Virus record (IMG/VR): IMGVR_UViG_3300026897_000032
Location: 1-27,620 of that record
Reading direction: 5' to 3' (one strand)
Length of the DNA stretch: 27,620 nucleotides
Source of the DNA: a virus
Lineage: Duplodnaviria > Caudoviricetes
Within the stretch, counting starts at the first letter, position 1. The number at the start of each line of letters is the position of its first letter. The notes beneath the pieces are model-generated. The model was not told where the DNA came from and did not search any database. It saw only the letters and a program-made list of their open reading frames with translations. A program made the position numbers and the translations under genes. This document shows, one piece after another, positions 27,093 through 27,620 of the stretch.

Positions 27093-27620
27093 TTACTTGG
27101 GGAGGATGCGGCCCAGCTCGTGCAGCATCCTGGGGAAGACGAAGTTCTCGGCGAGATCGATCATAACGTTCTGGTAGACGTCCGGATTGTTGACGACATC
27201 ATTGGCAGGGTTCGGCCCGTAAAGCACTTCGACCGGGAAGCGGCGCGACCCTTCGCGCTTGAAGACGGTGGTGCCGCCGTTCATGGTCGCGATGAAAGCC
27301 GACTTGTAGGAGCCCCGCGCCCTGACCGTCACGCCCGATCGCGTCTGACGCGCTCCGATGCGATAGAGCGATATCCAGTTCGATGCGACGCGCAGCACAG
27401 CGGCATCGCTCGATACATAGGCTTTCGTCTTATCCCGCACGATGCCCTGCGGCAGGTTGATGCGTTCGGCGATACGCCGCACGACGCGCGTGCGGCCCAT
27501 GTCGCCGATGCGCGCCATGGCGCGCGCCGTCACCTTGGCCTTGATCTCGGCTGGCAGGCGCTCGAAAGCGCGCGACAGGCGAAAGAAGTCCTGCGCGTCA
27601 TAGCGGATTTCCGCGCTCAC
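27093..27620 (-). CDS. Lambda gpZ-like minor tail/neck protein
   Basis: Basic 175-aa protein: ARQTRSGVTV, AFIATM..G...VFKREG..RFPVEVLYGP. Confidence 0.75.
   Translation of the reverse strand: MSAEIRYDAQDFFRLSRAFERLPAEIKAKVTARAMARIGDMGRTRVVRRIAERINLPQGIVRDKTKAYVSSDAAVLRVASNWISLYRIGARQTRSGVTVRARGSYKSAFIATMNGGTTVFKREGSRRFPVEVLYGPNPANDVVNNPDVYQNVMIDLAENFVFPRMLHELGRILPK

Overview
The window shows one end and the complete morphogenesis and lysis region of a temperate prophage in a GC-rich alphaproteobacterium, most likely Rhizobiales (inferred from the LexA box type and protein style). A probable host membrane-protein gene (1-486) is followed by an att site made of the 3' half of tRNA-Gly(TCC) (576-622). 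An accessory region (about 680-3200) holds a divergent, apparently LexA-controlled pair (a CxxC/CxxC Zn-ribbon protein and a SRAP/HMCES protein), a tail-anchored membrane protein and an AT-richer SAM methyltransferase moron. Everything from 3250 to 27620 is one minus-strand late operon. In transcription order it encodes a gpZ-like protein, a cos region, TerS/TerL (lambda Nu1/GpA type), portal, gpW-like protein, S49 protease, scaffold, decoration protein, capsid, neck proteins, a Mu-like contractile tail, two tail fibres and a four-gene lysis cassette. No integrase, repressor or replication gene lies in the window. The most notable observations are (1) a duplicated bidirectional SOS-promoter module that brackets the SRAP cassette and also sits upstream of the methyltransferase, (2) a lambda-spaced cosQ/cosN/cosB-like site predicting a 12-nt cohesive end, (3) a -1 frameshift in the tail chaperone, (4) nested recent repeat expansions in the tape measure gene and (5) a split gp43. 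All family assignments come from motif recognition and synteny, without database searches.
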